Source of the DNA: an uncultured Gemmatimonadales bacterium
GTDB taxonomy: Bacteria; Gemmatimonadota; Gemmatimonadetes; Gemmatimonadales; GWC2-71-9
DNA length: 64,000 nucleotides
Assembly: GCA_963840165.1 (NCBI GenBank)
Contig: CAWIXT010000006.1
Span: forward strand, 410,002-474,001
Direction of reading: 5' to 3'
The position numbers and the translations under genes are program-made. Position 1 is the first letter of the stretch. Each line of letters opens with the position of its first letter. Below are positions 9,226-19,952 of this stretch, in pieces. The notes beneath the pieces are model-generated. The model was not told the origin of the DNA. It made no database searches and was given only the letters and a program-made list of their open reading frames with translations.

Positions 9226-10317
9226 CTAAGGCTGCACGGCAGCGTGAGAGGCGAACCGTCGGCGCAGAGCCTGGGGAAGACTACGCACTTTATCGGCGTT
9301 CAGGAGCAGCGCCAGACCGCCCTTTACCGGTAGAGTGGCCAGACTTAACCCCACTCCCAGGGCTGCTGGACGAACATCCGCGGCATGGTAGCCGTAACGT
9401 GCCATTCCCGCAGATGTGAGACGTTGGCAAATGTAGAGTTCAGTGGGGCTGAGCACGCCGGCTTGCCGCCATCTGCCGATTGGAGTCTTGGTGATTCCCC
9501 GCTCCTCCTCATTCGGCCTTTCATACGACGAATTCACATGCGGGACGTTCAGCATACCGCGCTCGAACGGTAAGCCAAGAAACTCGCAGAGTCTCCGTAT
9601 CTCCTGCGAAGGGTTCTCCAGAATATCCTCGAACCTGACCGTGCAGACTCTCTCGTCAGCCGCATGGCGATCACCAGCCCTGACAGCGGCATTCCACAAC
9701 AGGCTCGTGGTAACCGGGTGGTAATTTGCCTTCAGACGCACTGCCTCCAGGATCGGATCCCGGTTGAAGCCCAGAAAGCGCATCTTCCATTTGTGTTTCT
9801 GGGATGCCAGAACATCGCGGGGGTCCCGAACCATGATCACAATGCGAGCCGCAGGATAAAGCCGAAGAATGTCTCCTATGTAGTACACATTCCGAGGCGT
9901 TTGGTCGCAGGGGACCTCTTTGCCCATTTTCGCAGACTCATCACTCAGAAACACCCTGAATACCTGAGCAGCGCTCTGCGTTCCTGGATTCGTACGGATT
10001 ATGGACTCGGCCTCCGGCAGGAAGTGGCGCCAATCCGGTCGATTCAGAATACCACGCCGCTGGTGGCTTAATAGTCGCGCCATCAAGTGGGCTGACACCT
10101 TGGCACTGATGGACCGGTCGATCTCCGAGGCCGACCAGATCTGCTCAAAAAAATGCAGCTCCTCGAATGTGAACACATGAGAGTTAAGTCCCAGAACCCG
10201 CCCCAGCATGGTCGTACCACTTCGGCTGTTACCAACGACGAAAATCAAAAGTCCACTCCTTCTGTGCGGTGCAGACATGCGCCCCATTGTAGCGGAGGTG
10301 CCAAGCGACGTACGCAC
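9226..10317 (-). CDS. Sulfotransferase (PAPS-dependent)
   Basis: 5'-PSB loop VGNSRSGTT, 3'-PB motif MVRDPRDVLAS, RFEDIL; true start may be about 10278-10287. Confidence 0.9.
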   Translation of the reverse strand: MRTSLGTSATMGRMSAPHRRSGLLIFVVGNSRSGTTMLGRVLGLNSHVFTFEELHFFEQIWSASEIDRSISAKVSAHLMARLLSHQRRGILNRPDWRHFLPEAESIIRTNPGTQSAAQVFRVFLSDESAKMGKEVPCDQTPRNVYYIGDILRLYPAARIVIMVRDPRDVLASQKHKWKMRFLGFNRDPILEAVRLKANYHPVTTSLLWNAAVRAGDRHAADERVCTVRFEDILENPSQEIRRLCEFLGLPFERGMLNVPHVNSSYERPNEEERGITKTPIGRWRQAGVLSPTELYICQRLTSAGMARYGYHAADVRPAALGVGLSLATLPVKGGLALLLNADKVRSLPQALRRRFASHAAVQP

Positions 10318-10334
10318 TTTTAGTCATATCCGCC

Positions 10335-11501
10335 TCACCCCGAGACTTCGGACCTCTGATGGTGCGGGTTCAGCGACCGCATCGCGGCCCGGACATCGCT
10401 GCCATAATGCTCAGGTGCATACCTTTCTCGTACAGTGTTTAGGGCAGCCAAGGACTGCTCCCTCATCCACTCTTTGGATTGCCGAGATAGAGCATGAATC
10501 GTTTCACGTATGCAGTCGACACTGCACTGTTCAAAATGATGCACCTCCGAGGCGTTGAACCCGCATTCCCGGCTGACAACCGGCACGAGGCCAGCTGACA
10601 TCCCGGTAAGTACACTTCCCGACATTCCCTCGGCACAAGAGGGCATCACAACGTATCCGCACTCCGCCACCAAGTCCCGGAAACGTTCACCTCGGATATC
10701 GAGGAAGCCTACCGGGACGATGTTAGGTGTCTCAAAGAGCTCCTCCCTGTAGGCCTTACAAAAATCTCCCTCAGACTCTAAGTGCCCGCACACATACAGT
10801 GTAAGCTCCGGCATTTGAGCAAAAGCCTCAAGTAGCAGATCCAGCCCTTTATGTACATGGCCCCGACTCCCGATAAAAAGAAAGCGCTGTACTGACCTCC
10901 TCGAGGTGTCCGTTGAATAGAGAAACGGATACCCAGTGTTGCGCAGCAAAGCCACGGGCGGTAGCTGAAAATGCGAGTAGGTGCTCAAGGTTCGACTGTT
11001 ACCTACGAGCCAGAAAGCGCCGCACGACTCCAGAAGCTGAGGCTCAAGTGGCTCTAGATTCCAGCGAGCCTTGAGCCGCACTCCGCGTGTCTGGGCGATC
11101 CTCTCCAGCCTTGCTCTTTCCGCATTATTGCTCGTGACGGGGTTTGACGTGGTGAGGAGTGCGACGTGAGTTCCTGCTTCAGCAATGTGGTCTCTGACGA
11201 CATCGTTGTGGCCGGGGCTGGTATCGACAACGAGATCGTAGCGGCTGGTCAACCGTACGCGACGCTGATACCAGTCCACTACATCCACGTTGTATCCGAA
11301 GCCACCAATAACCCCTGCAAGCTCCCTGGCTTGCCACCGATTCTGATGGATCACCGATATGCTTGGATCCCGGAAGGGCTTGGTGATGTACGAGAGAAGG
11401 CAGTTCCTAGAATACGTCCCACGGTTCACGTTCCGGCAGACCGGCGGAACGAGGTGCCGGACGATCTGCTTGGCAGAGGACCATAGCCTTAAAGTCTCCA
11501 T
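10335..11501 (-). CDS. Glycosyltransferase family 4
   Basis: HKGLDLLLEAF, PSCAEG, GLVPVVS (GT-B C-terminal motifs); start chosen at ATG 11501. Confidence 0.85.
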   Translation of the reverse strand: METLRLWSSAKQIVRHLVPPVCRNVNRGTYSRNCLLSYITKPFRDPSISVIHQNRWQARELAGVIGGFGYNVDVVDWYQRRVRLTSRYDLVVDTSPGHNDVVRDHIAEAGTHVALLTTSNPVTSNNAERARLERIAQTRGVRLKARWNLEPLEPQLLESCGAFWLVGNSRTLSTYSHFQLPPVALLRNTGYPFLYSTDTSRRSVQRFLFIGSRGHVHKGLDLLLEAFAQMPELTLYVCGHLESEGDFCKAYREELFETPNIVPVGFLDIRGERFRDLVAECGYVVMPSCAEGMSGSVLTGMSAGLVPVVSRECGFNASEVHHFEQCSVDCIRETIHALSRQSKEWMREQSLAALNTVRERYAPEHYGSDVRAAMRSLNPHHQRSEVSG

Positions 11502-11589
11502 ATGCCGCGACCTGATGACAGCTCCCCTGCAACTACGGGATCTGAAGGCAACTGGCGATAACGCGAGGGTTCCCGCGGTCGGAAGGGGT

Positions 11590-12939
11590 TCATAGGGTAA
11601 CAGGAACTTCCAGGTTTGTTTCACGACGCATTGCTTTGGGTATCCATCGCCGCCACACGACAATTTCACAAAAGAACGCGTAAAACACTGCGTGTACAAT
11701 CAGATCCGTGGCCATTGCCCAGGCAAAATCGCTGACTGTTAGCCCATCGAGGGAAAGAATCCAGATCATCGCATAGATCAGAACGGGCTCCAATACTGCA
11801 GCCGCCGCATTCACAACCGGACGCCCCAGGCCGGCAACCACGTGATACATCGCTATTGTCACAACATTCACCGCGAAACCAATGCAGAAAATTTTCACGA
11901 GCCCGGCCACCTCAGCGCTAATCGGCGACCGCAACCACCAGCTAACCAGGTCAACGGCATTCATATAAAGCAATGACATTCCCCCGGCTGACACAGCCGC
12001 CGAGATCAGGATAGCTCTCAGGTAAATGCGGCGAAGTCGGCGAAGACTCGTCACGCCCCCTTCTTGGACGAGTTTAGCAGTCGCGGGCATCATGACCTCA
12101 AAGGCGGCTCTTAGTGCGGCAGCCAGCTTTGACGTCATGGTCAAGGCCGTTGCAAAGACCGTTACAGCCGCCGGCCCTAATAGCGAGCCGATTACCAGCC
12201 TAAGGGCCTGGTTCCCGAGAATGAGTGCCGTCTTCTCGATCGCCACAAACATCCCAAATCCAAACATCCGACGCGTGGTGGGCCCTATTGCACTTCGCCG
12301 TGTCTGTGGGAGTTGAGCCGCGCGGCGTAGCCGGTGGCCAAGAACAGCGGCTCCCCCGAGAACGATCAGATTTGCACTCAGGCTTATGAGAGTAACTCCG
12401 ACGAGGCCCACTCTCATGAAGCTGAGTCCGAGGATAGCACCTCCGTACGTCAAGATTGAGAGGCTTGCTAACGTTGCCGTCGAAAGGTCGAATCGCTGCA
12501 TCCCCTTGAAGAACGACAGGTAGACGGTTAGAACGAAAAACACAGCGAACTGAATTGCGGCGATCCGGAACACGACTATTGCATCAGCATGCATCGCGCT
12601 GGGCACTGACAACATGCTGGTCAGCCAGGGTGCAAGAGCGTAGATCAAAAGTGCCCCACCTATTCCTATGATTCCGTACAAGGCGAGCGAGGTAGTCACA
12701 ATCTCTGCCGCAGCCTGCTTGTCGCCTCGTGCCATGTCTCCTGCCACAAACTGGACCGTCGCCGCCGAGAAACCGAAGTCGAGAAATCCCAGCACACCAT
12801 TCATGGACGTAGCCAGCAGATAAATCCCGAACGCCTCGGCACCCAGGACTCGTACCAGGACGGGGTATGCCACCAGCACCACAGCAGTTGGGATGACGAA
12901 ACCCAGAAGGCCAAACAGTGAGTTGTGCCGCAGACGCAT
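11590..12939 (-). CDS. wzx: Polysaccharide flippase
   Basis: Multi-TM; LGAEAFGIY, LDFGFS pattern of PST flippases. Confidence 0.85.
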   Translation of the reverse strand: MRLRHNSLFGLLGFVIPTAVVLVAYPVLVRVLGAEAFGIYLLATSMNGVLGFLDFGFSAATVQFVAGDMARGDKQAAAEIVTTSLALYGIIGIGGALLIYALAPWLTSMLSVPSAMHADAIVVFRIAAIQFAVFFVLTVYLSFFKGMQRFDLSTATLASLSILTYGGAILGLSFMRVGLVGVTLISLSANLIVLGGAAVLGHRLRRAAQLPQTRRSAIGPTTRRMFGFGMFVAIEKTALILGNQALRLVIGSLLGPAAVTVFATALTMTSKLAAALRAAFEVMMPATAKLVQEGGVTSLRRLRRIYLRAILISAAVSAGGMSLLYMNAVDLVSWWLRSPISAEVAGLVKIFCIGFAVNVVTIAMYHVVAGLGRPVVNAAAAVLEPVLIYAMIWILSLDGLTVSDFAWAMATDLIVHAVFYAFFCEIVVWRRWIPKAMRRETNLEVPVTL

Positions 12940-13893
12940 TCAGTGACCGAATCTCTTCCGTAACCAGCCGAACGGAGGTAGTTGATGGATGATCATGGCT
13001 GGTCCGCTGGCCAGCTTGATATCAATCGCTCGCGTCTCACGTCTCACCTCCCCAATCCGCGCAATGGCGGCGACTCTGTACAGGCGCAGCATGACCTTGA
13101 CCGTCGCCCGGTAGAAACCTTCGCGGAGGCCGGCTTGGGAATATGACCGTCGGACCACAGCAGCCTCTCGCTTAAGCTCGCTGGGGGAGCGCAGGTTCTT
13201 TGCCGCGCCGTGATACCTCACCCCTGCGATGAAGCGGTTGATGTGATGAAACTCGCCCTTCTCGCGCAAGCGCAACCACAGGTCATAGTCCATTACATAG
13301 TCTAGCTCTTGATTCAGCGCTGCCCCGGTCACGGCGGTGCGGCGCCAGAATACCGCAGGTTGCGAGATGAAGTTGAAGGCCGCCAGGAGCCCTTTGTGCG
13401 CCCGCGGCAGATTCCGCCTCAGGCGCTGCACACGGTCTTGGTCGTCGATTTCAAGGACATTCCCATAAACAACGTTTGCCTCAGGGTGCGCCGCGAACGC
13501 GCCTACAACAGATGCAACAGCGTCCCTCGGTACGTACACGTCATCAGAGTTCAGCCAGCCAATCACCTCGCCTCGGCAGAGCGCCAGGCCCTTGTTCACG
13601 GCCTCCGACTGCCCACTGTCCAGCGCCGAGCTCCACTGCATTCTGTAGGTCTTTTCGTACCTGCGAAGCACGTCCGTAGTGTCGTCGCTAGAGTTCCCAT
13701 CGACGATAATGTGCTCGATGCTCGGGTAATCCTGGTTCTTCACGCTCAGAATGGTGCGCTCGATAAAGCGCCCCTGATTGTAAGACGGCGTGACAATCGA
13801 CACCAACGGCCCGGCGTACGCCTCGCTGTGGATCATCGGCGCTGCTCCCCAATACTCTGTGCCCTGGTGGGTCCTCTCATGACCCCGGTCCAC
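12940..13893 (-). CDS. Glycosyltransferase family 2
   Basis: VSIVTPSYNQ, VDGNSSD, GQSEAVNKG, WLNSDD, QPAVFW, MDYDLW; start may be 13836. Confidence 0.93.
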   Translation of the reverse strand: MDRGHERTHQGTEYWGAAPMIHSEAYAGPLVSIVTPSYNQGRFIERTILSVKNQDYPSIEHIIVDGNSSDDTTDVLRRYEKTYRMQWSSALDSGQSEAVNKGLALCRGEVIGWLNSDDVYVPRDAVASVVGAFAAHPEANVVYGNVLEIDDQDRVQRLRRNLPRAHKGLLAAFNFISQPAVFWRRTAVTGAALNQELDYVMDYDLWLRLREKGEFHHINRFIAGVRYHGAAKNLRSPSELKREAAVVRRSYSQAGLREGFYRATVKVMLRLYRVAAIARIGEVRRETRAIDIKLASGPAMIIHQLPPFGWLRKRFGH

Positions 13894-13923
13894 CCGATCT
13901 CTATGACGTTCGAGGCGAAACGC

Positions 13924-14910
13924 TTACAAGGCTAGTGCTTCGGCTGGGGCCGTACTCCGGGCGCGCAATTGCTGCTCCACCCAGCGATAGGTTGCGCTCA
14001 GGCCCTCCTCGAGCGGAGTGCCCGGCTCCCAGCCCAGAACCTGACGTATGCGGGTGTTGTCAGAATTGCGACCTCGGACACCCTGCGGCCGGGTCAAGTC
14101 ATAGCGGCAGCGAATGCTCTTCCCGGCAATGCTCGCCACGATGGCTATCATCTCGTTGACGGTGATGAGCCGGTCGGATCCAAGATTCAGGGGATCACGG
14201 TGTGAGGACTCCATGAGCCTGAGAATTCCCTCTATGCAGTCTTGAATGAAGCAGTAGGATCGGGTCTGCAGACCGTTGCCCCAAACCTCGATTTCGTCCA
14301 CGTCCTCCGCAGCGGCTATCTTGCGACAAATTGCCGCCGGAGACTTTTCCCTTCCGCCATCATACGTCCCCAGCGGTCCGTAGATGTTGTGGAACCTGAC
14401 TACCCTGGTCTCCAGCCCATAGTCTTCCCAGTAGTGCCGACACTGTCTCTCACTGAAGAGTTTTTCCCATCCATAGCCGTCTTCAGGGTCCGCAGGATAC
14501 GCGTCGTCCTCTTTGAGCGGTGCCACATCGGCGCTGCGCTGCAGATAGGCGGGATACACGCAGGCAGACGAGGTATACAGATAGCGTTCTACTTCCTGCG
14601 TGCGGGCGGCCTCGATCATGTGCGTGTTGATAAGGACATTGTCGTGCATGATTTCGGCCTTATGAGACTCAATGAAGCCGATGCCACCCATGTTCGCGGC
14701 CAGGTTGTAGACCTCGTTCACGCCAGCGGTCGCCTGAAGGCATTTATCCCACCGCCTGAGGTCGAGGAGCTCGAACTCGTGCGCTCGAGTTGGTTCATAC
14801 TCCGGCAACTTGATATCCACACCTCGCACCCAGTGCCCCCGCGCAACCAGGGCGTCGACCAGGTGATGTCCGATAAAGCCGCCAGCACCGGTAACCAGCA
14901 CCCGTTTCAT
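13924..14910 (-). CDS. GDP-mannose 3,5-epimerase-like NAD-dependent epimerase
   Basis: TGAGGFIG, LAANMGGIGFI, SSACVYP, YGWEK, GGREKSPAAICRK, GVRGRNSDN. Confidence 0.88.
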   Translation of the reverse strand: MKRVLVTGAGGFIGHHLVDALVARGHWVRGVDIKLPEYEPTRAHEFELLDLRRWDKCLQATAGVNEVYNLAANMGGIGFIESHKAEIMHDNVLINTHMIEAARTQEVERYLYTSSACVYPAYLQRSADVAPLKEDDAYPADPEDGYGWEKLFSERQCRHYWEDYGLETRVVRFHNIYGPLGTYDGGREKSPAAICRKIAAAEDVDEIEVWGNGLQTRSYCFIQDCIEGILRLMESSHRDPLNLGSDRLITVNEMIAIVASIAGKSIRCRYDLTRPQGVRGRNSDNTRIRQVLGWEPGTPLEEGLSATYRWVEQQLRARSTAPAEALAL

Positions 14911-14954
14911 ATAGACCGACCTCCTGACGTGAGCCTCATCCATGTTGTACGGAT

Positions 14955-16403
14955 CTAACTATGCTTGTGCAGCCCATTGACCTGCACCGGTGTTCGGAAG
15001 GCTTCGCGCGCTGCGAACGCCAGTCCGAACGCGAACCATATGTGGGCCTCTCGCCATCCAGACCAATTTGTGAGATGAAATGCCATCCCGATGATTCCCA
15101 GCCAAATTCCGATGAATAGAGCACCCTCACTGCGTGACGCTGAGCTTCGGAATCCCCGCCAGGCAGCCGTCAAGGCCCCTAACAGGACCGACAAGAATGC
15201 GGCCAAGCCCAAGCCACCCGTCTCCATTAGGGCATCGAGATAGGTGTTGTGCGTGGTGGAGAGGCGCGGTCCCTCCAAGTTCATGTCGTGATAAAACTTG
15301 AACCCCACATTATTGGTGCCGATGCCGATGATTGGGCTCGTACGCAAGGCCTCCGGCACCAGACCGACGAGCCGCACATGTGCGTCGAGATCACCCTCGC
15401 CGTGCTCCGGGCTGGCAAACGTCGCAAAGTTTGCGACGTATTCAGACATCTCGCGGACAGACCCGAACTCCCGGATCCAAAATGCGGACGCCGCGGTTAA
15501 ACTGAGGAGCAGTGCCGTTACTACCCAGCTGAGCCGCGCAATACGAACGAACGGATGCGCGACGGCAATAAAGAAAACTCCCATTACCAGCGTGCTGGCC
15601 CAACCTAAGCGGGATGTGGCGAGCAGAAGGCCAAGCCCGGATGCGGCGAGCGCCACGCCCGACAGACCGGTCCACCGAGGTACTCGCCAGCAGAACAGCG
15701 CAAGGGCGATTGGCAGAACCGTCAGGAGGTAATTAGAAAGCCACAATGGTTCGCGCATGAAGCTGTGCACGCGTGGCAACACGTACTGTGTTTCATAGAA
15801 CGGATTCATGTACGTGGGCCAGCCATTGAAGTGCGCGACCAGCTGATAAAACGCGAACAGGGATGTCACGGTAGCTGCCACGAGCATGATCTTGACAGCG
15901 CGCCAGACATCCTCCGGGCGCCGGAGCACGTCGGTGACTACGACGACGTATACCAGCAGGTAAGAGAGTAGGCGAGCAGTACTCGTGAGGGCGATTCCGG
16001 GCTCGGGGGCCCGGAAAGCCGACAGCCCAGCAGCCGTGGCCAGTACCAGGAAAGGGAGGAGGAGCCACTGCGGAAAGCGGGGTCTCCGGGCACCTACCGC
16101 AACGTGAATCAACCAGGCGCCTGCGAGCGCGGCCACAACAACGCGCTTGAAGCTCTGTATTACCTCTTGATAAGCATTGTAGTCGCCTTCGATGGCTGTA
16201 AACGGCAAAGAGGCGATCACCGCATACATCGCCCATTCGAGCCGGTACACAGCGAGAGCGCCGATTCCAGCAACGGCAAACACCGGGAGTGTCCAGACAC
16301 CGTAAATCACGATCGCGGCGGCAATCAGAGGCGCGCCAAGGAGCAGGATCGCCAGCACGGGCCATTCCGTTGCCGCCGCCTTGAATACAGGGCTCCCAAC
16401 CAT
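14955..16403 (-). CDS. Wzy polymerase / O-antigen ligase family protein
   Basis: Multi-TM; SRLGW, PIIGIG, THNTYL...ETG motif. Confidence 0.85.
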   Translation of the reverse strand: MVGSPVFKAAATEWPVLAILLLGAPLIAAAIVIYGVWTLPVFAVAGIGALAVYRLEWAMYAVIASLPFTAIEGDYNAYQEVIQSFKRVVVAALAGAWLIHVAVGARRPRFPQWLLLPFLVLATAAGLSAFRAPEPGIALTSTARLLSYLLVYVVVVTDVLRRPEDVWRAVKIMLVAATVTSLFAFYQLVAHFNGWPTYMNPFYETQYVLPRVHSFMREPLWLSNYLLTVLPIALALFCWRVPRWTGLSGVALAASGLGLLLATSRLGWASTLVMGVFFIAVAHPFVRIARLSWVVTALLLSLTAASAFWIREFGSVREMSEYVANFATFASPEHGEGDLDAHVRLVGLVPEALRTSPIIGIGTNNVGFKFYHDMNLEGPRLSTTHNTYLDALMETGGLGLAAFLSVLLGALTAAWRGFRSSASRSEGALFIGIWLGIIGMAFHLTNWSGWREAHIWFAFGLAFAAREAFRTPVQVNGLHKHS

Positions 16404-17621
16404 CTATACGACCCCAGCTGGCAGCGCTGCCAGTGAACGGCCTTCAAAGCAGGGGGCCAAGGGCAACCCCATGTTGTCGAACAAGGTTGGCAGGAAGTCC
16501 ACCAGTCTCGCCGAACCTGCCTGCTCCGCGATGAACGTACCGGCAAAGAACGCGTCCAGATCGGGGTGATCTGGCAGGTAGCCGTGGTCAGAAATGAACT
16601 TGTTGAATCTGGTCCACGAGGTCTTCAAGAAGCTGACGTGGTGATCAAGCACGCCGATCACGATGCCATTCCGTTGCCGGTCCAGCGGCAGTCGATGAAG
16701 ACGCAGGTCCTCGTCCGTAAGAATCCTGAGCCCGGGAACTGTATTTAGGCGCGCCGCCATCTGGTCAGTATCGGCAGGTCCGCTGGTCCAAACCCGCACG
16801 TACATGTCCTCCACCTGGTGCAGACGATCCAGCAGCTCGGGCACGTAGGTGTAGATATCAATCTTGCTATGAATGTTGAGGTGCCCGTGATCGGACAGAA
16901 CAATCAACTCGCGGTCTCCGCCGCTCTCGTCATGGATCTGCTTGATACTGTCATCTATGAGCCTGAGACGCGCTCGTGTTTGCGCCGAATCTGGACCGGT
17001 GTAATGGGCGAGGTAGTCGATGTCTCCGAAAAGCATGAATATGAGGTCGGGGTCCCGAAGATTGGGTTTGGCAGCGAGCTGAACCCGCAATGTCTCCAAT
17101 CCATGCTGCATACGCCGCAGCTCCCGGTGAACACCTAGCAGGTGGGTTGAGACACCAGCCTCCGCCAGGTATTCGAAGAGGTACTTCGCGGGATCGTAAA
17201 AGCCTGAATCGCCGAAAGTGCGATCCTCCACCACGTCGAACTGCCGCCAGTGGTGTGGATGCACAAAATGCATGAAGGGGTAGCCGAAGACCGACCGGTT
17301 ACGCCGACGAAGGCTGAGAAGCCGCTGCCAAGCCATCATTCCAAGGGGCGGCACTCTGCGATAAACGGCACTTGGGACCCAGGCTGCCGGCCCAAACGGG
17401 GAGCGCGCCGGCGCATGGACGATCTGGAACCAATGGTTGTGTTTGTCGGGATGCATGCCCGTCCAGAGGTTGCCCCAACACGTAGTCGAGAACCCAGCCT
17501 GGCTACGCACGCGCACACGCGGCAGACTGGCGACAAATGGCATTACCTCCTCATTGACACGGCTATACGCCAAGCCATCGATGAACGCCACCATCATACG
17601 GACGGACATGCTAGTCTCCAC
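16404..17621 (-). CDS. Alkaline phosphatase superfamily (nucleotide pyrophosphatase/phosphodiesterase-like)
   Basis: FIDGL, TG, DYLAH, LSDHGH, HGY metal-ligand pattern. Confidence 0.8.
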   Translation of the reverse strand: METSMSVRMMVAFIDGLAYSRVNEEVMPFVASLPRVRVRSQAGFSTTCWGNLWTGMHPDKHNHWFQIVHAPARSPFGPAAWVPSAVYRRVPPLGMMAWQRLLSLRRRNRSVFGYPFMHFVHPHHWRQFDVVEDRTFGDSGFYDPAKYLFEYLAEAGVSTHLLGVHRELRRMQHGLETLRVQLAAKPNLRDPDLIFMLFGDIDYLAHYTGPDSAQTRARLRLIDDSIKQIHDESGGDRELIVLSDHGHLNIHSKIDIYTYVPELLDRLHQVEDMYVRVWTSGPADTDQMAARLNTVPGLRILTDEDLRLHRLPLDRQRNGIVIGVLDHHVSFLKTSWTRFNKFISDHGYLPDHPDLDAFFAGTFIAEQAGSARLVDFLPTLFDNMGLPLAPCFEGRSLAALPAGVV

Positions 17622-17632
17622 CGCCTGAGAGG

Positions 17633-18748
17633 TTAGCCACCATTAAATGTCTCGCTGTATACACGAGCCGTCTCCTCCGCCGTACGTTTCCACGTGTAAG
17701 CCTCAGCAAGCGTCTTACCTCTGGCGGAAAGCCTGGTCCGTGTTTCTGGATTCTGGAGAAGGTGCTGAAGGCCTCCTTTGAGATCATCCACGTCGGTGGG
17801 TTCCACAAGCATTCCACCATCCTGGACGAGCTCGGGTAACGAGCCTGCGCGTCCCGCCAATACGCAGGTGCCACAGCGCATCGCCTCCACGGCGGGGAAT
17901 CCAAAACCTTCGGACAACGATGGAAAGACAAAAACCGTTGCGAGGTTCATCAGCTGCGGGAGGTCCTCGTCGCTGGCATATCCGAGGAAGCGGAGAGTTC
18001 CTTCACTGATGAGCGGCTCGGCTGCTCGCTCCAAGTCCTGGTACATCCAGGCCTTCTTCCCGGAGATGATGAGCGGGTAGGCATGTCGCAGATCTTTTGC
18101 GAGTCCGCGAAAGGCGAGCACGAGTCGAACAAGATTCTTGCGAGGCTGGAGGGCGCCGACATACAGAATGAACGATCCGGGCAGGCCGTACTTTGCTCGT
18201 ACCGGCGCCAGCGCAGATTCCGGAAGAGACTGGAACCGCGAAGAGACCCCGTGCGGGATGACCCTCAGCTTCCGCTCGTCGACCCTGTACAGTTCGATCA
18301 CGTCCTCCCGAGTGAAGACCGATGGCACGATGACGCGTATAGCCTGCTTGAGGGCACGCGGGACTCGAAAGCTGAGTTGAAGCCGCTGCAATCGCTCGTA
18401 GTGACGCGGTTGCCGAGCGTAGTACACATCATGGACCGTCACCACCGCCGGAATACGCGTGAAGGCCGGCAGGCTGTATTGGCTGTGGATCAGCCCAACA
18501 CCAGAGTGGCGTATAGCGAGTGGCAAGAGGACGGACGGACGAAGCCATTTCGATTCTGATGGTAATTTGCGGAAACACGCCTCTGAACCGAGCCGACTCA
18601 GGTGATCGCGGATTGTATTGCGGGTATAGAAAATCGTGTACCGGAGAGCGTCGCTCCGACCCAGAAGCGCACCGGCAAGCTCCAGCATGTAGCGCTCGCC
18701 ACCGGTGGTTGCTCCCCCATGCGATACAAGTCCGACCTGGTTCTTCAC
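17633..18748 (-). CDS. Glycosyltransferase family 4 (MtfB-like)
   Basis: VTVHD, PRKNL, PSLSEGFGFPAVEAM. Confidence 0.92.
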   Translation of the reverse strand: MKNQVGLVSHGGATTGGERYMLELAGALLGRSDALRYTIFYTRNTIRDHLSRLGSEACFRKLPSESKWLRPSVLLPLAIRHSGVGLIHSQYSLPAFTRIPAVVTVHDVYYARQPRHYERLQRLQLSFRVPRALKQAIRVIVPSVFTREDVIELYRVDERKLRVIPHGVSSRFQSLPESALAPVRAKYGLPGSFILYVGALQPRKNLVRLVLAFRGLAKDLRHAYPLIISGKKAWMYQDLERAAEPLISEGTLRFLGYASDEDLPQLMNLATVFVFPSLSEGFGFPAVEAMRCGTCVLAGRAGSLPELVQDGGMLVEPTDVDDLKGGLQHLLQNPETRTRLSARGKTLAEAYTWKRTAEETARVYSETFNGG

Positions 18749-19950
18749 ACGGCCATCTGCGGTACGGGAGGAGAGACATCGAGATCTGAAAGCAGTTGCT
18801 TGATGTGTCGTTCTAGCGAAAAGCGCTCTTGTAAGCGCGAGTAGCCATTCGCACCCAGACGGGTCGCCTCCTCATGGTCCGTCGAGAGCTTTGCAAGCGC
18901 CGCCGCAAGGTGATCGGCTCGCGGCTCGCGCACGAGGACACCCGTCACGCCATCCTCCAGCCAATCGGCTACACCACCGACGTCGAAGCCCACGACGGGA
19001 CGTGCGTGCGCCATGGCCTGTAGCCCCACCAGCCCGAAAGGCTCGTTCCATGTACTGGGCACCACTACAACCTTCGTTCCATCGATCAATGCTTCGAGGG
19101 ACTCTCTCTCTAGCCACCCGTGGAACGTCACTCGGCCTTCCAGGCCCAACTTTGCGCTCAAGGCCTCCAGGCGCGTGCGCCACGGACCATCGCCAGCTAC
19201 ATCAAGCCGGATTGAGTCTGGTAGATGCTGCATTGCCTCCAAGAGCACTGCCAATCCTTTGAAGCGCTGCAATTGACCCATGTATAGCAGTCGGCTTCCG
19301 AGCGGCAGGGGTGCCAGCGTGCGAGGGACGCCGGAGGTCGAAAAGAGAGGGTTAATCTTCAACCGCTCCGGGGCGAATCCATTCTGAACCAAAAGATTCC
19401 GCATGAAGTGGCTTGCCACGATGATGCGATCAAATCGCCGGGCGATCTCCCGCTCCGATAGCTTCGCCTTCAGCCGGTTGTATGACAGAGGCATACGGCC
19501 CCCATTCCGCGGCCCTATCGAGCAGCCGTGAAGCAGGCAGCCATATCCCAGAGTTCGGGCGCAGTTCCGACGCGATACCGGAAAGACTTTTGATATTCGC
19601 ATGCAGACCGGACGAAAATCGTGAACGAATCGCACCAGCGGCACCCTGCCTGAGACGACGGTGTGCATCTCCTCAGTGAAGGAAGCGCTGTGGACGAAGA
19701 GCACATCAGGCTGGTGGGTGGAAACATGAGCCCCAAGCGTCCGGGCTCGAGTCGGTCCGTCACCGGACAATTGAGTGATATGTATTCGGTCACACAGCTT
19801 TGACCAGGAAAGACTCTTGCTCTGGGCGACGTCCTCGTACAGCAGGCTCAGCTGATGTCCATGCTCCATAAGCGCTTCAGCTACATTCCGCACGTACTCC
19901 TCCGTGCCGCCATGCACGCCAAGGATCTTTACAACAAAGGTGACATGCAT
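18745..19950 (-). CDS. Glycosyltransferase family 4
   Basis: GGTEEY, KGLAVL, PSTWNEPFGLVGLQAM; start at ATG 19950. Confidence 0.9.
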   Translation of the reverse strand: MHVTFVVKILGVHGGTEEYVRNVAEALMEHGHQLSLLYEDVAQSKSLSWSKLCDRIHITQLSGDGPTRARTLGAHVSTHQPDVLFVHSASFTEEMHTVVSGRVPLVRFVHDFRPVCMRISKVFPVSRRNCARTLGYGCLLHGCSIGPRNGGRMPLSYNRLKAKLSEREIARRFDRIIVASHFMRNLLVQNGFAPERLKINPLFSTSGVPRTLAPLPLGSRLLYMGQLQRFKGLAVLLEAMQHLPDSIRLDVAGDGPWRTRLEALSAKLGLEGRVTFHGWLERESLEALIDGTKVVVVPSTWNEPFGLVGLQAMAHARPVVGFDVGGVADWLEDGVTGVLVREPRADHLAAALAKLSTDHEEATRLGANGYSRLQERFSLERHIKQLLSDLDVSPPVPQMAV

Positions 19951-19952
19951 GC